This document shows, one piece after another, positions 1-10,829 of a DNA stretch of 48,574 bases. Both the position numbers and the translations under genes were made by a program. This DNA comes from Cystobasidiomycetes sp. EMM_F5 (lineage: Eukaryota), in contig JBPGPT010000005.1 in the NCBI GenBank assembly GCA_051047955.1, positions 682,001-730,574 on the forward strand. Direction: 5' to 3'. Numbering within the stretch: position 1 is the stretch's first letter; each line of letters begins with the position of its first letter. A model generated the notes under the pieces. It did no database searches and was not told the DNA's origin. It saw only the letters and a program-made list of their open reading frames with translations.

Positions 1-593
1 TCGGCTGAATATCAGGTTTCGAATTCGAATTTCCAGTCAGCCATTTGCAGAGTATGCCTGTGTGATACTGCATCCCTCACTCTGCAGCTTGCGTGCAGCC
101 ATCCTGTCGTCGCCGCGCCCTTCGTGGTCAGGATGTCACAGGTTGCCAGTTGGATTGAGCAGAGAATACAAGGCAAACACGCGTCGGAAGGTAGTACAAA
201 TGGAGAGTGGTTTGGGATCCAGCTGCATTACACATAAGCACTAGTACAACACACGTATCGACGTATATTATATACAAGGCAGCCTGACTTATGGCACCTT
301 GGTTACTAATGGTACTGTTGATATACTCTTGACCCGCCGTTGTATAATCAGACAGACAACGTCCATTGTCTCGGTATTTGGACATTATACAACCACATTT
401 ACAGCCCTCGCAGCACTTACCTGTTTGAATCCCAATTATCCAAAATCCAATCCGCCACTGATTTCTTCAAACTCGAGAGATCAGATCTGGCCCCGGCCTT
501 GGAATCCGACAGACACTAAAGAAGGTCGAGCGAGCACATCGACGGCACTACAACACATCACACACACGGGAATACTGCACGCACACTGCAACC

Positions 594-1571
594 ATGACAG
601 CCCTCCGAACTACAGGAACCGCAGCACTCCGGAGTCTGTCTGCGAGAAGCACAGTCCTGCCGTCATCTGCGAGGGCCTACCACGCCAAGGTCATCAGTGA
701 GTCGGGATGATGGTTTATAGTGTGCATCGACTGGCCAGTATGCTGATGATTGCTCATTTCCCATCTCAAGACCGTACGCCGCGCTTCACCTCGGCAGTGA
801 CGGAGAACTAAAACTGACAATATTAAACATTGTCGTCTATCTCTCTCTCGCGCAGACTTTGAAAAGCCTCGTAATGTACGTCTTGATGTACTCGCCCAAT
901 CCCCGATGTGCACTCGTCTGAGGTGTCATCTCTCTCGCAGGTCGGAAGTTTCCCAAAGAGCGACCTCGGTGTTGGCACCGGACTCGTCGGAGCGCCAGCG
1001 TGCGGCGACGTGATGGAGGTGTGTAGCAAATGCATCGTACATGGCTTGTATCGACTCAATCCTCACTGATCTGCACTTTCCTCTCCCGTCCCCCTCGCCA
1101 CAGCTTCAAATCAAGGTCGATGACAAGGGTATCATCTCCGATGTCCGCTTCAAGACATTCGGATGTGGATCTGCTATCGCTTCTTCCAGCTATATGACGG
1201 AGCGAGTCAAGGGTCTATCTCTCGAAGAGGCTGGAAAGATTCGAAATACTGAAATTGCAAAGGAGCTCAGCTTGCCGCCGGTAAAGTGCGTAAAAGCCAT
1301 CATTCTGTGGATGACCTTGATACTCATTGTTGTGTGACTGTAGACTGCACTGCTCAATGCTCGCCGAGGACGCTATCAAGGCTGCTATCCGAGACTATCA
1401 CACAAAGATCAAGGGCAAGACTGAGGGAGTTGCCGGATCTATCGATGTCAGCCAGTCGGTGCGTCCAGTTCTTGAGTGTACATGTCTATTTCAGCCATGC
1501 TTATTCCTATCATGGTTATGCAGGTCGTCACCGGCAAGACTGTTGCAGAGGCAAGACCCGGTCAGGCATGA
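594..1571 (+). CDS. ISU1: Mitochondrial Fe-S cluster scaffold protein (IscU/ISU1), 7 exons, ~182 aa
   Basis: Exons 594-696, 771-773, 856-875, 941-1018, 1104-1285, 1344-1458 and 1524-1571 join in frame. They give an Arg/Ser-rich presequence, then [40 protein letters not shown] and [15 protein letters not shown]. The three Cys ligands and the LPPVK chaperone motif are present. Confidence 0.97.
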
Positions 1572-2038
1572 GCGTGACTCATCGAGACCCTACCCTGCCC
1601 TTGAAGACTGCCAAACGTCCGTTTATGTATCATGTAAAGGCTGTATCGACATTACGCACCATCGATGTATCATAAGGAGGTCTTTGTCAACGTATCTGAT
1701 CTTGCCTTCGTTGACTGCTGCTTTCCTTTCCATTCACGCCAGTGAAGCGAGTCAAACGCATGTCCTCAAGCTGGTCGCCTCAATTTTCTGTTCACAGTCT
1801 AACAATGCTGATGCTGTACAGTCGATGACCGCACTGACCTGTCGTATCGCCGGCGTCTTCTCTCAACGGCACGTCTTTCCGTTTCACAGTGGGTTGCCAG
1901 GGACACTCACGCCCAAACGCAACCCACTGGCACAGCCATGACACTTGACGCAGCTACGTGCCCTCTTTCCCTCTCCATTCCCTCCATTTCAATCGACCCA
2001 ACATCCTCTGCACTCGCACACTACTTCATACACAAACC

Positions 2039-2926
2039 ATGGCAACTCACGCCCACTCTGACATCGAGATGGAGCCGCTTGTCGCTGACTCGTCGTCGAG
2101 CCCAAACAATACATCCAAGTCCTCGCAGACCATCGTCAGCACCCTGCTAGGATATCGCCAGATTGCAGCAAACGCTGCTATGCGCAACCGAAACGCCATC
2201 TACGCTGCTCAGGTGGCCGTCTTCATCTGCTACCTCTGCGTTGTCTTCCTGTCGCACGGGATGGATGCCAGTGACAGCAAAGAGCACGGATGTGAGTTTA
2301 ATTACACAACAGATGGATTGGTAGGACATTGGGCTGAGGTTGGGTGCCTCAATTCGGACAGTACTCAAGCGTATCGTCAAGAATGGTATCAAGTGCGACC
2401 ACCAACGGCCGCAGATTAACGTCTTTATGGCTGCGTAGGCGAAACTTATCCTTTGTAACATCGGCCTTACCTGATTTCACTGCCATACACGATTCAGCTT
2501 CTTTGGCTCATTCGCCGCTGCTGATCAGCTGTATGCGTGAGTACCGCAGTTCCAATGCTAGGCTGTACATTAGTCATGCTAACGAGTCTGCATGTTACGT
2601 CACAGTCGTAATTGGGCATTGGCCGTCCCTAAAATTATCGTACTCCTGCCTTCTACCCTCCTCGGCATCAGCCTCATTGTGCTCGGATTCAGCCTGCTGT
2701 TCGTTTGGACTATCGTCGACTCGGTTCTCTGGGGTATCGGATTCGTAAGAGCTCTACGTGTTGTCTTACGTATATCCTAATGACTGATTTCGCTGATCAT
2801 CCACAGTACACTACTGACGCCCACTGGGGCAATCCAACCAGATGTAAGTCAGAAAAGCTTATCAGTACCGCCGAAATCTGCCGGCTGACTCCGGTGCATC
2901 CAGCTTGCGCTGTCGAGGGCTGGTAA
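2039..2926 (+). CDS. Hypothetical multi-exon membrane protein
   Basis: ATG at 2039 (MATHAHSDIEMEPLV). Hydrophobic segments VAVFICYLCVVFLS and IIVLLPSTLLGISLIVLGFSLLFVWTIVDSVLWGIGF lie on successive short exons with GT..AG junctions. The last exon reads ..SCAVEGW*. No family recognised and internal boundaries are uncertain. Confidence 0.55.
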
Positions 2927-3157
2927 AACAGATGCAAGATGAAAAGTCTGGAGTGGAGGGGCCAGGGGATCGTCGACGCATTCTATAATTCGTTCTGGCA
3001 GACAACGGTCACAGGTGAAAACGTACTGGATGATTCTGGGTTGCGAAGGTTGTCACACTAGGTTTAGCGAGGGTAATACGGATGCCACACACGTCATGCT
3101 GAGAGCGGTCGTCTGGTGCTAAAGTCACTATTTGACAACAAGTAGCATCCTCCAGAC

Positions 3158-3779
3158 CTAGTCTGCTGACTTCTCTTGTCCGGACTGAGCAGCAGGAGTG
3201 CCCGTTGAAACGACGTGATACTCCGAGAGCTTCTATGACATTATTTGGACTTAGTGTATGCATATCTTGTAAGGCTAACACTGACTACAGCACACACCTC
3301 CTTGAGATCGCTGATCTGCGAAAGCATCGCGTCCAGTGCCTTCTCAGCAGTGATTGCTACCTGAGCCTTGACCTCTCTGGTCAGAGAGGGCGAGGGCGTG
3401 GCCTGGAAGGGCTGCTGAGATGCTTTCCACTGCTGGAACAGCGCAAACTCTGCTGCATCAACGAAAGCAGGCGAGCCAGCCGAAATTGGATCCGCTTCAG
3501 GAGTGGCAGCAGTCGTTCCAGCTTGTCCAGCAGCTTTGGCAGCAAGATATTGCTGAAGGAATGCGTCGAACTTTGCTTCCCGAGCGGCGCGGCGAGAATC
3601 GAACCAGCTCTTCCAGCTGGCATTGGCGCCAACGTTGACAGCGTATTTCTCGCGAGCTAGTTGATACCCAACAAAAATGCCTGTCATGAAATGGATAAGT
3701 CGGTCAGCGTATGAGTAAACTCGAGGCCGGCTCGGTATTGTGTCTTCCCACCTGCGAGCAAAGTGAGGATTCCGCCCAT
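3158..3779 (-). CDS. Small orphan protein with N-terminal hydrophobic helix, paralog A (3 exons)
   Basis: Reads MGGILTLLAG|IFVGYQLAREKY..W..SRRAAREA..AEFALFQQWKASQQP..AEKALDAML..LKE|KLSEY..KSAD*. First intron is 3751-3681. Sequence and intron positions match paralog B. Confidence 0.8.
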
Positions 3780-4583
3780 TCTGCCTGATGTTGTTCCTCT
3801 TGATGATAAAAAGTCGGTCTACCTTGCTAATAAATCGATATAGAGCAGATAAGCCGCTGGCAACCGCAGCTGGTTCTGCCTTTTATACCGCAGTGTACAG
3901 ACTGTCCACGTCAGCTCGCTTGACCATCGCGCGTCTGTTCGGTCAGCGGACACGTCGCTCGGAACGAGCTAATTCGCAATCATATTCACACCCTGTCTAC
4001 GTGGAAGATAGACGGACGCGTACTCTGCAGCGCGCGTCCTCCCGGCATGACCGCGTGCAGTGCAGGTAAACAACGGCGTGAATTCGAGATGCCGAAAAGC
4101 TGACGAAGCGCTGCGTTATCAATGGGAAGAATGGACGTGACGTGGCAGGCAGTCAACATGTCATGCTGACGAAAGCCTGTTCGGAGGCGTGTGCTGAAAC
4201 AAGATATCAGCGTCAAGGATTGAGCACTAGTAGAACATGCTGGGAGGCGCGCAAATTGTACATCTGCGAAACATAGTGGTAGCATGTTTGACAGCAAGAT
4301 CTGACGCGATGCGAACTATGAAAAGTGGGGCTTTCGATAAAATTGACGCTTGACTCGATTCACTTTCATACAAATCACAAAGCCGTAAGAGGGAATTATG
4401 CATATCAATGCGAAACAGTGCTATATCCTTTTATCCAACCACATCATCAGAGATTTGAAAAGAGGTGGAATAGGTCTGCAGTGTTGTTATGTGATTATGT
4501 GAAGATGCAAGATCATGGCACACACATATTGACTAAATCGTCGAGCGATTTTTGAGTCATGGGTGCCTCGACGAAACTGTTTC

Positions 4584-5316
4584 TTATACGAGCTTTCTCT
4601 CTTGCATCAATGGGGAGGCCGGTGTGGTAGCAGAAGGACTCGACAGTGGTCGGTACTCCGCGAGTCTCTGTTGCGTCAACGTCCAAAAGTCAGTCTCGTT
4701 GATGTTGAGCAGTCGTGAAGCAAGGGAATTTACCTCCTTTAGACCATGGATTTGGATCAAGAGCGAGTCCAGGGCCTTGTCGGCACTGAAAGCGGCTTGA
4801 GCCTTGATATCGTCACTGAGTAGAGGGGACGGGTTCGGTGGAGCTACAGCATCTGTCGCCTGTTGCTGCCGAGATTGAGTACGACTGCTCTGGTCGCGGT
4901 CGAGCCATCCCCATCCATGATAAGCGGGTGCTGCAGACGACGTGATTGGCTGCTGACTGGCCTTCCATTGCTGGAAAAGGCCATACTCTGCTGGATCCAG
5001 GGTAGTCCCGGCCTTAGCAGGGGTATACGGGTCCGCTGGAGCGTTGGTTTCCATTGCCAAGTGCGTAGCTGTGGCAGCAGCTTGCTTGTGCTGAGTGCAC
5101 GCTTCCAGATACGCCTCGCGTGCGCGACGACGGGATTCGCCCCAAGAGGTCCAGGAGTCTTGGCCTGCGTGGTGGTTCTCAGTCGCATAGCGTTCCTTGG
5201 CAACGTGATAGCCCAAGAAGCCGCCTAAGACAAAAGCAGGATCAGCCTCACCAAGCAGAGGTACAAAAAGAGGTTCATCAGTGCTCACCTGCGAGCAGAG
5301 CGAATAAGCCACCCAT
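4584..5316 (-). CDS. Small orphan protein with N-terminal hydrophobic helix, paralog B (3 exons)
   Basis: Reads MGGLFALLAG|GFLGYHVAKERY..W..SRRRAREA..AEYGLFQQWKASQQP..ADKALDSLL..LKE|RLAEY..RKLV*. Has the same two intron positions as paralog A. Confidence 0.8.
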
Positions 5317-5817
5317 TCTGGTGCGTTGCCTGATGATTGTATAGTAGGTGCCGGGAAAGTGATGAAAGTATGGATGGTGTCGATAGAACCGACTGTTCAT
5401 ATGATGTTCGGATGACTAGATGAGAGATAAGCGGAGGAAAAGAGGAGGACTGCATGTTGCTTTTTATACCTGTCTACTGACCAACCTTGAGGTGACAGCG
5501 AGGTAGCGTAATTGCTTCGGCACAGCATGCGCGTACGTTGTTCTCCACAGAATCTTCTCATGACGTGTCGTGTCACTTCCGTTGCCGTCCGTATTGCTGT
5601 TGCAATCATGTTTGCGAAGCTACGCGGCAAGAGCCACTGCACGTGCCTGAAGTTGGGCCGTGGTGATGACGATGCGCTTGGTTCACGACAGAGGACACGG
5701 CGACAGGCCTATATCGTGTACGAATGTAGAAGTAGCAGGCTCCTTACGCATCACGACACCAAGGTCAGATCACTCGTAATTCAGGCCAACAGAATCGTGA
5801 CTGACTGGATTTCCTAT

Positions 5818-6920
5818 CTACGCATTAAAGGCAGTAAAGACAGAACCGAGCACTTTTCCCTTGGAGTCAAATCTAACGCCCTCCTCTCTCAGAAGTTCCA
5901 GCTTCTCGTTCGCATGCTTGCCTTCCGTTCCCCAATCCCCGCCAAAGCCGCCCAGGCGCCCATCCGAGGCGATGATGCGATGACAAGGAACTTGAGGCGC
6001 GAAAGGATTGCCTCTCATAGCATTACCGACAGCTCTAGGCGAAGATCCAAGAGACTTTGCCATTGCGCCTGTTTTGGCAACTTTAGCTGCATCCAGGGCC
6101 GGATCAGCCTGCTCACCATATGTAGAGAAGCGACCTTTTGGAATACGCAATAGTGCTTTCAAGCAGCGTTTCTGAAAGTCGGTCTTGTCTGATGCGTCTA
6201 TGACTGCATCGAAAGCATAGATGTCATCGCTTGCTGCCTTGGTCGAGCTGTTCTCCCCCTTGGGAGGGAGCCGCTGTTCCCCTCTGTTCCCGGGCAGAGT
6301 TCTGTTCTGCTTGCTGGTCTTGCCTCGTAAGGCTAGACTTTGCTCGTCCAGCTCCACGAGATCAACCTTGCCGTTCAGAATCTGATGACGCGCGCAATCA
6401 GCAGCAGTACTGCAGAAGGAATCCCCGGTACACTCACATCTTCTCCCATCTGGATCGCAGCTGAGAATTGCTGCTCCGACATGTGCTTGACAGCTGGTGC
6501 TTTGACAGCTTGTGCCCACGGCTTGTCCTTGCCAACCGCGTTGTCTAATATTATGCGGGCGAAGCAGTGGTCAAGAGTGACAGGCCTACGGAACGAAAGT
6601 ATCAGTAGCCGGTCTGAACTCTTATACGAGTATGTTATGTACCATTTTGGCTGGCATGGATCTCGCGCTCTCGCTTTCGCTGGAAGCGTTTCGGCGTAGA
6701 GTGTTTGCCATTTTTCGCGCAAAGCGGTCAATTCGTCTGATGCGTTGGTCTTGAGCTGCGCTGATTTACGCTCAGCCAATCCATTCTTCTTGCTGGGGAT
6801 AGTGAGGTCAATGACATCGGTATCGGGGATTCGCTTTCGTTTGGCGCCGGCCTGTGGGGCATGCGTTGACTGTTCGAGAGGAGCCATTGGTGCTGGTGCA
6901 AAATACCGCGATATTGACAT
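5818..6920 (-). CDS. MGT1: O6-methylguanine-DNA methyltransferase (MGMT/Ogt) fused to an N-terminal uncharacterised domain
   Basis: The C-terminal half has IPKGRFSTYG, SPRAVGNAMRGNP, the active-site PCHR motif and GGFGG..KLELLREEG. Introns 6642-6586, 6437-6382 and an in-frame intron after STYG join it to an N-terminal WPVTLDHCFARIILDNAVG domain. Confidence 0.9.
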
Positions 6921-7157
6921 GAGAGCAAGTGGTCATTTAAAAATGAGTTGTACAAAGCGTAGCCTGCTAGTCATGCTTGTGGCGTGTAAACAAAAGTGCT
7001 GACACACGACTGGCGCGTAAACTGCAAGGCTGGCGTATATTACACGAAGCAAGAAAGAAACTAGATAGAGTACATCGGACGATGGTAATGTCGACTCGAC
7101 GGAGCCAGACAGGACAGATGTCTACGCACATCTAACACGCAAACTCATTCTGCGCGT

Positions 7158-8068
7158 CTAGCGGCTCCACCAGTGTCTCTTCTGACGGTCGGCACCACCT
7201 TTTGAAACTCTGGACAGCACAAAGCGGTAAGGTAGATCTCCGTCCATTGCTTGTGTGTAAGCTTTGTCGGAGTAAGGCAGGAAATAGGAAATGGCAATGC
7301 GGGGATCATCTGAAGACTCATTGGTTTTGCCGGCTGGCTTCAGATGTATCGTAAATTTGCCTTTATGTGGGCTGCGGAAAGTTGAAGCATGGAAGGGGTT
7401 GATGTCGTCCGCAAAATTGCGTAGTGTCGATAGGAACGGGGGCATGCTGTACTGTTAATCAATCGGGCTAGAGAAAGGTATGCGCTTAGTCGCACTCACT
7501 CTACACTGACACCGTTGCTCTGCACGCTGATAAGCATGTCTCTGCCGACAAGCAAGCCGCCGTGATTCTTGAGTGCGAGTTCGCATACCCAATCGCACTC
7601 CACCGGAACAACTACATTGAACTGGACTTGCAGCCACGAAGGTACGCGAATCTTGCCATCGACCATCCGCTGATTGTCAGATTCAAGAGGATTGGAAATT
7701 ACGTGCTTGCCTGACTTGGAGTAGACATGAATGCCGGAGCGTAAAAAGTCCCCACTCAGCGACCAGAATGACTTATCGCTCGGATTGTTTGATGCCTGGT
7801 TTGGCCAAGGACGGTTTTCCATTGCTGAAGTGTACGTTGGAGGCGCTACAGATGCTGCAGTGGATGCGAGTGAGTCGCCACTAGCTTCAACGGTATAGCC
7901 ATGCGACGACATTGTCTTTTCCGAACGGTCATGGTTGATATTATCACTTCGCGAATAAGGGCTTAGAACACGAGGTGAGCGTGCAGTAGGAGATAGAGGG
8001 AGTGTTTTGGGCATGTTGGGAACGAAGTCGGACGAGCGATTGCGACCAAGTCGGCCAGAGCTCCACAC
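7158..8068 (-). CDS. Hypothetical protein (at least 2 exons; start uncertain)
   Basis: ORFs 7496-8068 and 7158-7445 can be linked by an intron with a GTGAGT donor and a TAACAG acceptor. Ser/Pro-rich N-terminus including a PPTY motif. No recognisable domain. Confidence 0.5.
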
Positions 8069-8377
8069 ACTTAAGCAATATGGGTCGATGGTCCAGTCTT
8101 GGAGTCAAAGAGGTCTAAGTGTTTCTGTTCTGTCACAGCTTTCGACTGAGGAACGCCGTCAAAGGGTACTCTATCCGGCAATCAGCCTGCTCGCCGAAAG
8201 TGCACTACGGTGCTGCCAGAATGGATGCGAAGCATTCAGTCAGTATTCGTGAGGTCATGAAAGACAACCGTAGTTGTATGGAATTGCATTGCTTGTTTAC
8301 ACAGTCGAAAGCCAAGTTGTCAAGTGTGGAAGCGCAATTGCAGCCTGGTCTTGCGTCGACCCAAATTCTCTAACGAT

Positions 8378-8851
8378 ATGCCACGCTTAGCTCGCAGCTG
8401 TGCGAGCTGTCTGCGCACACTGAGCAGCAGTCATGCATCAACGTCAAAAGCCGCATTCCCTGGCGTTCCCGGCTCAATAAATGCTTCAAGCAGAAACACG
8501 GTCATGCCAATCTCACGGACAATCAGTCTGCAAACACAAACGACGGCTCCGACATCAGAGAGCATCTACTCTACCCCAAGGCTACGTCAAATGTGGTCTC
8601 CACTACTATCGTCACCGTTCTCTACGCCTACAATATCCCACTCCCGACTACCTCTGATAATCTCGTCAACTTCCCTTACAATACCGTTGCTACAGCAACA
8701 AGTCAGACATCGGACACGAGGTAACTCGTATCAACCAAGCCAACGCGTGAGAAAGCGACGGCACGGCTTCCTTGCGCGGAGAAGGTCTATCAGTGGGCGG
8801 AAAGTGTTAATACGACGCCGGATGAAGGGTCGATTGTATCTCTGCCATTGA
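8378..8851 (+). CDS. MRPL34: Mitochondrial large-subunit ribosomal protein bL34m (L34)
   Basis: Long Ser/Thr/Arg presequence followed by the L34 signature RGNSYQPSQRVRKRRHGFLARRRSISGRKVLIRRRMKGRLYLCH. Confidence 0.93.
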   Translation: MPRLARSCASCLRTLSSSHASTSKAAFPGVPGSINASSRNTVMPISRTISLQTQTTAPTSESIYSTPRLRQMWSPLLSSPFSTPTISHSRLPLIISSTSLTIPLLQQQVRHRTRGNSYQPSQRVRKRRHGFLARRRSISGRKVLIRRRMKGRLYLCH

Positions 8852-9332
8852 AACCGTAAGTATCGTGCGAGACATGCAGAGCGATGAGTAATGACGCTGA
8901 ACGATGGGTCCAGGATAGGATTGGCATTGCAGGGATCTCGCACCAAGACAAGGTCAAAGCGCACGGACCTGTGGTAAACGCTAGCAGATGTCACAGTTGG
9001 TGAAAACGAATTCAGCGGGAGAGGCAACCGAAGCGACAGAAGCGCATCAGATTCACCCAGTCATTATGTCTAGGCCATTTCTCGTTGTACACCCGCTGTC
9101 TAGGGGCTTTCAACTTGCCGTAGTTGACTTCATCGTTTTTTTGGTTTGTTCCTTGCCTTTACTCTCATCCGCCAACCAAGTCTAGCAAACCACGCAACGC
9201 ACACACATACAGGACGGGAACATAAGCAAGGTGATTACACTAGTCGGCTGAGGCTGGCACCGCACTGCTCCGATTACAATTCACTGAGTCCCACTCTTTT
9301 CTGTGCTGGTTTATTTCGTTTCACCGCGTAGA

Positions 9333-10829
9333 ATGGCTACCACAGCAGCTTCATCCACAGCACCTCCCGCCGTTGAGGGTGGTGCAGCAAACCAAGGTGA
9401 CCAGTCTGGTGATGGCAACGAGTCCAAAGTGAGTCCACATATTGCCAATTTCCAGCGTGTCATTTGTCGTGCCTGCCTGTTCCACCAAAATATCACTTGA
9501 CGTCAGGCTCGTACAGTTATGTTCTTCACCATACACTCATGCCACCTCGACCACTATCTGCTGTGTCCAAATGCTGAATTCCTGGTCAATCAGGTTTACG
9601 TAGGCAAACTCTCCTACGTGCTGTCCAAGGACGATCTTTCCAGCATCACCTCCAAGATTGGCAACATGTGAGCATTACCCAGTCAGCTGCTTCATCACCA
9701 CTGACCTCCGCTGTCTTTAGCATCGAGGCCCAAGTCATCCTTCGTGGCGAAAACGAGCTCGGGTACGGTCATGTCGTATTCAGATCCGAAGGAGAGGCGA
9801 CAGATGGTGCCGACATCAGCGGGTGAGTCTCCACAATCTAATTCTCCAATTGATGTTGACCGCGCTCTTGAATCCAACAGTAATGCAACGCTCCGCAGCC
9901 GCAACAAGAAGTCTGGGCGTGGCGTAAGTCTGTGCTTTCGAAGATTCTTCTAGCAATCACTAATAGATGATTTCGCCTAGCGTGAAAAGACTCGTGCTGC
10001 TCGTGGCCGAGGCAACGGACGCGTTCGCCGCTCCGCTGACGATGTTGACGGCGATGGCGGCGACGCTGATGCTGACGCCGCCCCAACTTCCGAGGCCGCT
10101 GCTCAGAACGGTCAGGTTAGTATCACTGCTGTGACTGAAGGTGTCAAGGAGTTGAACGTCGACGGTGCCAAGCGTGGCCGTGGCGGAAAAGCCGGACGAG
10201 GTGCTGCCAGAGCTCCCAGACCAAAGCGGGAGCGAGGCGAACCCAGCAAGACTGTGAGTCGAGGTTGTCCGGCGTCTTGAATCGGATTAAACCGTACTGA
10301 TTTGTTTGTCGCAACCAATAGCTCCTCTTCATCCGCAACCTTCCTTACAACTTCAGTCAGGAGGCGCTTGCATCCCTTTTCTCAGAACACAACCTCTCTT
10401 ACCAGAGCCTGAGCATCCCCGTCCGCAAGTTTGGCCCGTTTAAGGGCAAGTCTCGCGGTTTTGCATTTGCCAACGTCGAGAATGAAGAAGCCCAAAAGAA
10501 GGTCATTGAGGCTCTCGATGGCAAAGAAGTCACTGGCGCTGGCTCAAACGAGACTGCAGCCGCTCCTGCCGAGGGTGAAGCTGCTTCTGGACCTCGCAAG
10601 TTTAAGCTCGTCGTCCGTCAAGGCTACGAAGCAGACCTCAAGCAGCCCGAGAATGAGGGAGAGGAAGGTGGCGCCGGTGCAGCAGGTGAGTGGTTTATGA
10701 AAGGAGTTAGAGGGGCACTTGAGAACGGGGTTTACATTACGCCCCTCTCATCTTCTCTTTGTAATTATCGTGACAGGACCTAAAGATTCCGGAACTGCAG
10801 AAACTCCCGCCGCAGCTCAGACCGCTTGA
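9333..10829 (+). CDS. Two-RRM, RGG-containing RNA/ssDNA-binding protein (Tcg1/Sbp1-like)
   Basis: RRM1 has RNP2 VYVGKL and a degenerate RNP1 LGYGHVVF. An RGRGGKAGRG linker follows. RRM2 has GEPSKT|LLFIRNLPYN and RNP1 SRGFAFANV. Multi-exon, ending PAAAQTA* at 10829. Confidence 0.8.

Noticed and set aside
1..44. Palindrome TTCGAATTCGAA flanked by GGCTGA/TCAGCC, superficially like a tRNA T-arm
   Set aside because: No cloverleaf or proper GGTTCRANYCC B-box can be built, it is truncated at the window edge, and the stem is short enough to be chance.
1327..1941. 204-aa ORF overlapping the ISU1 3' end
   Set aside because: It is read-through of ISU1 exon 6 into the intron and 3' UTR. The spliced gene ends at 1571.
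10709..10748. AGAGGGGC / GCCCCTCT inverted repeat in the last intron of the RRM gene
   Set aside because: It is only an 8-bp stem with no snoRNA boxes or other support, which is too little to call an RNA element.
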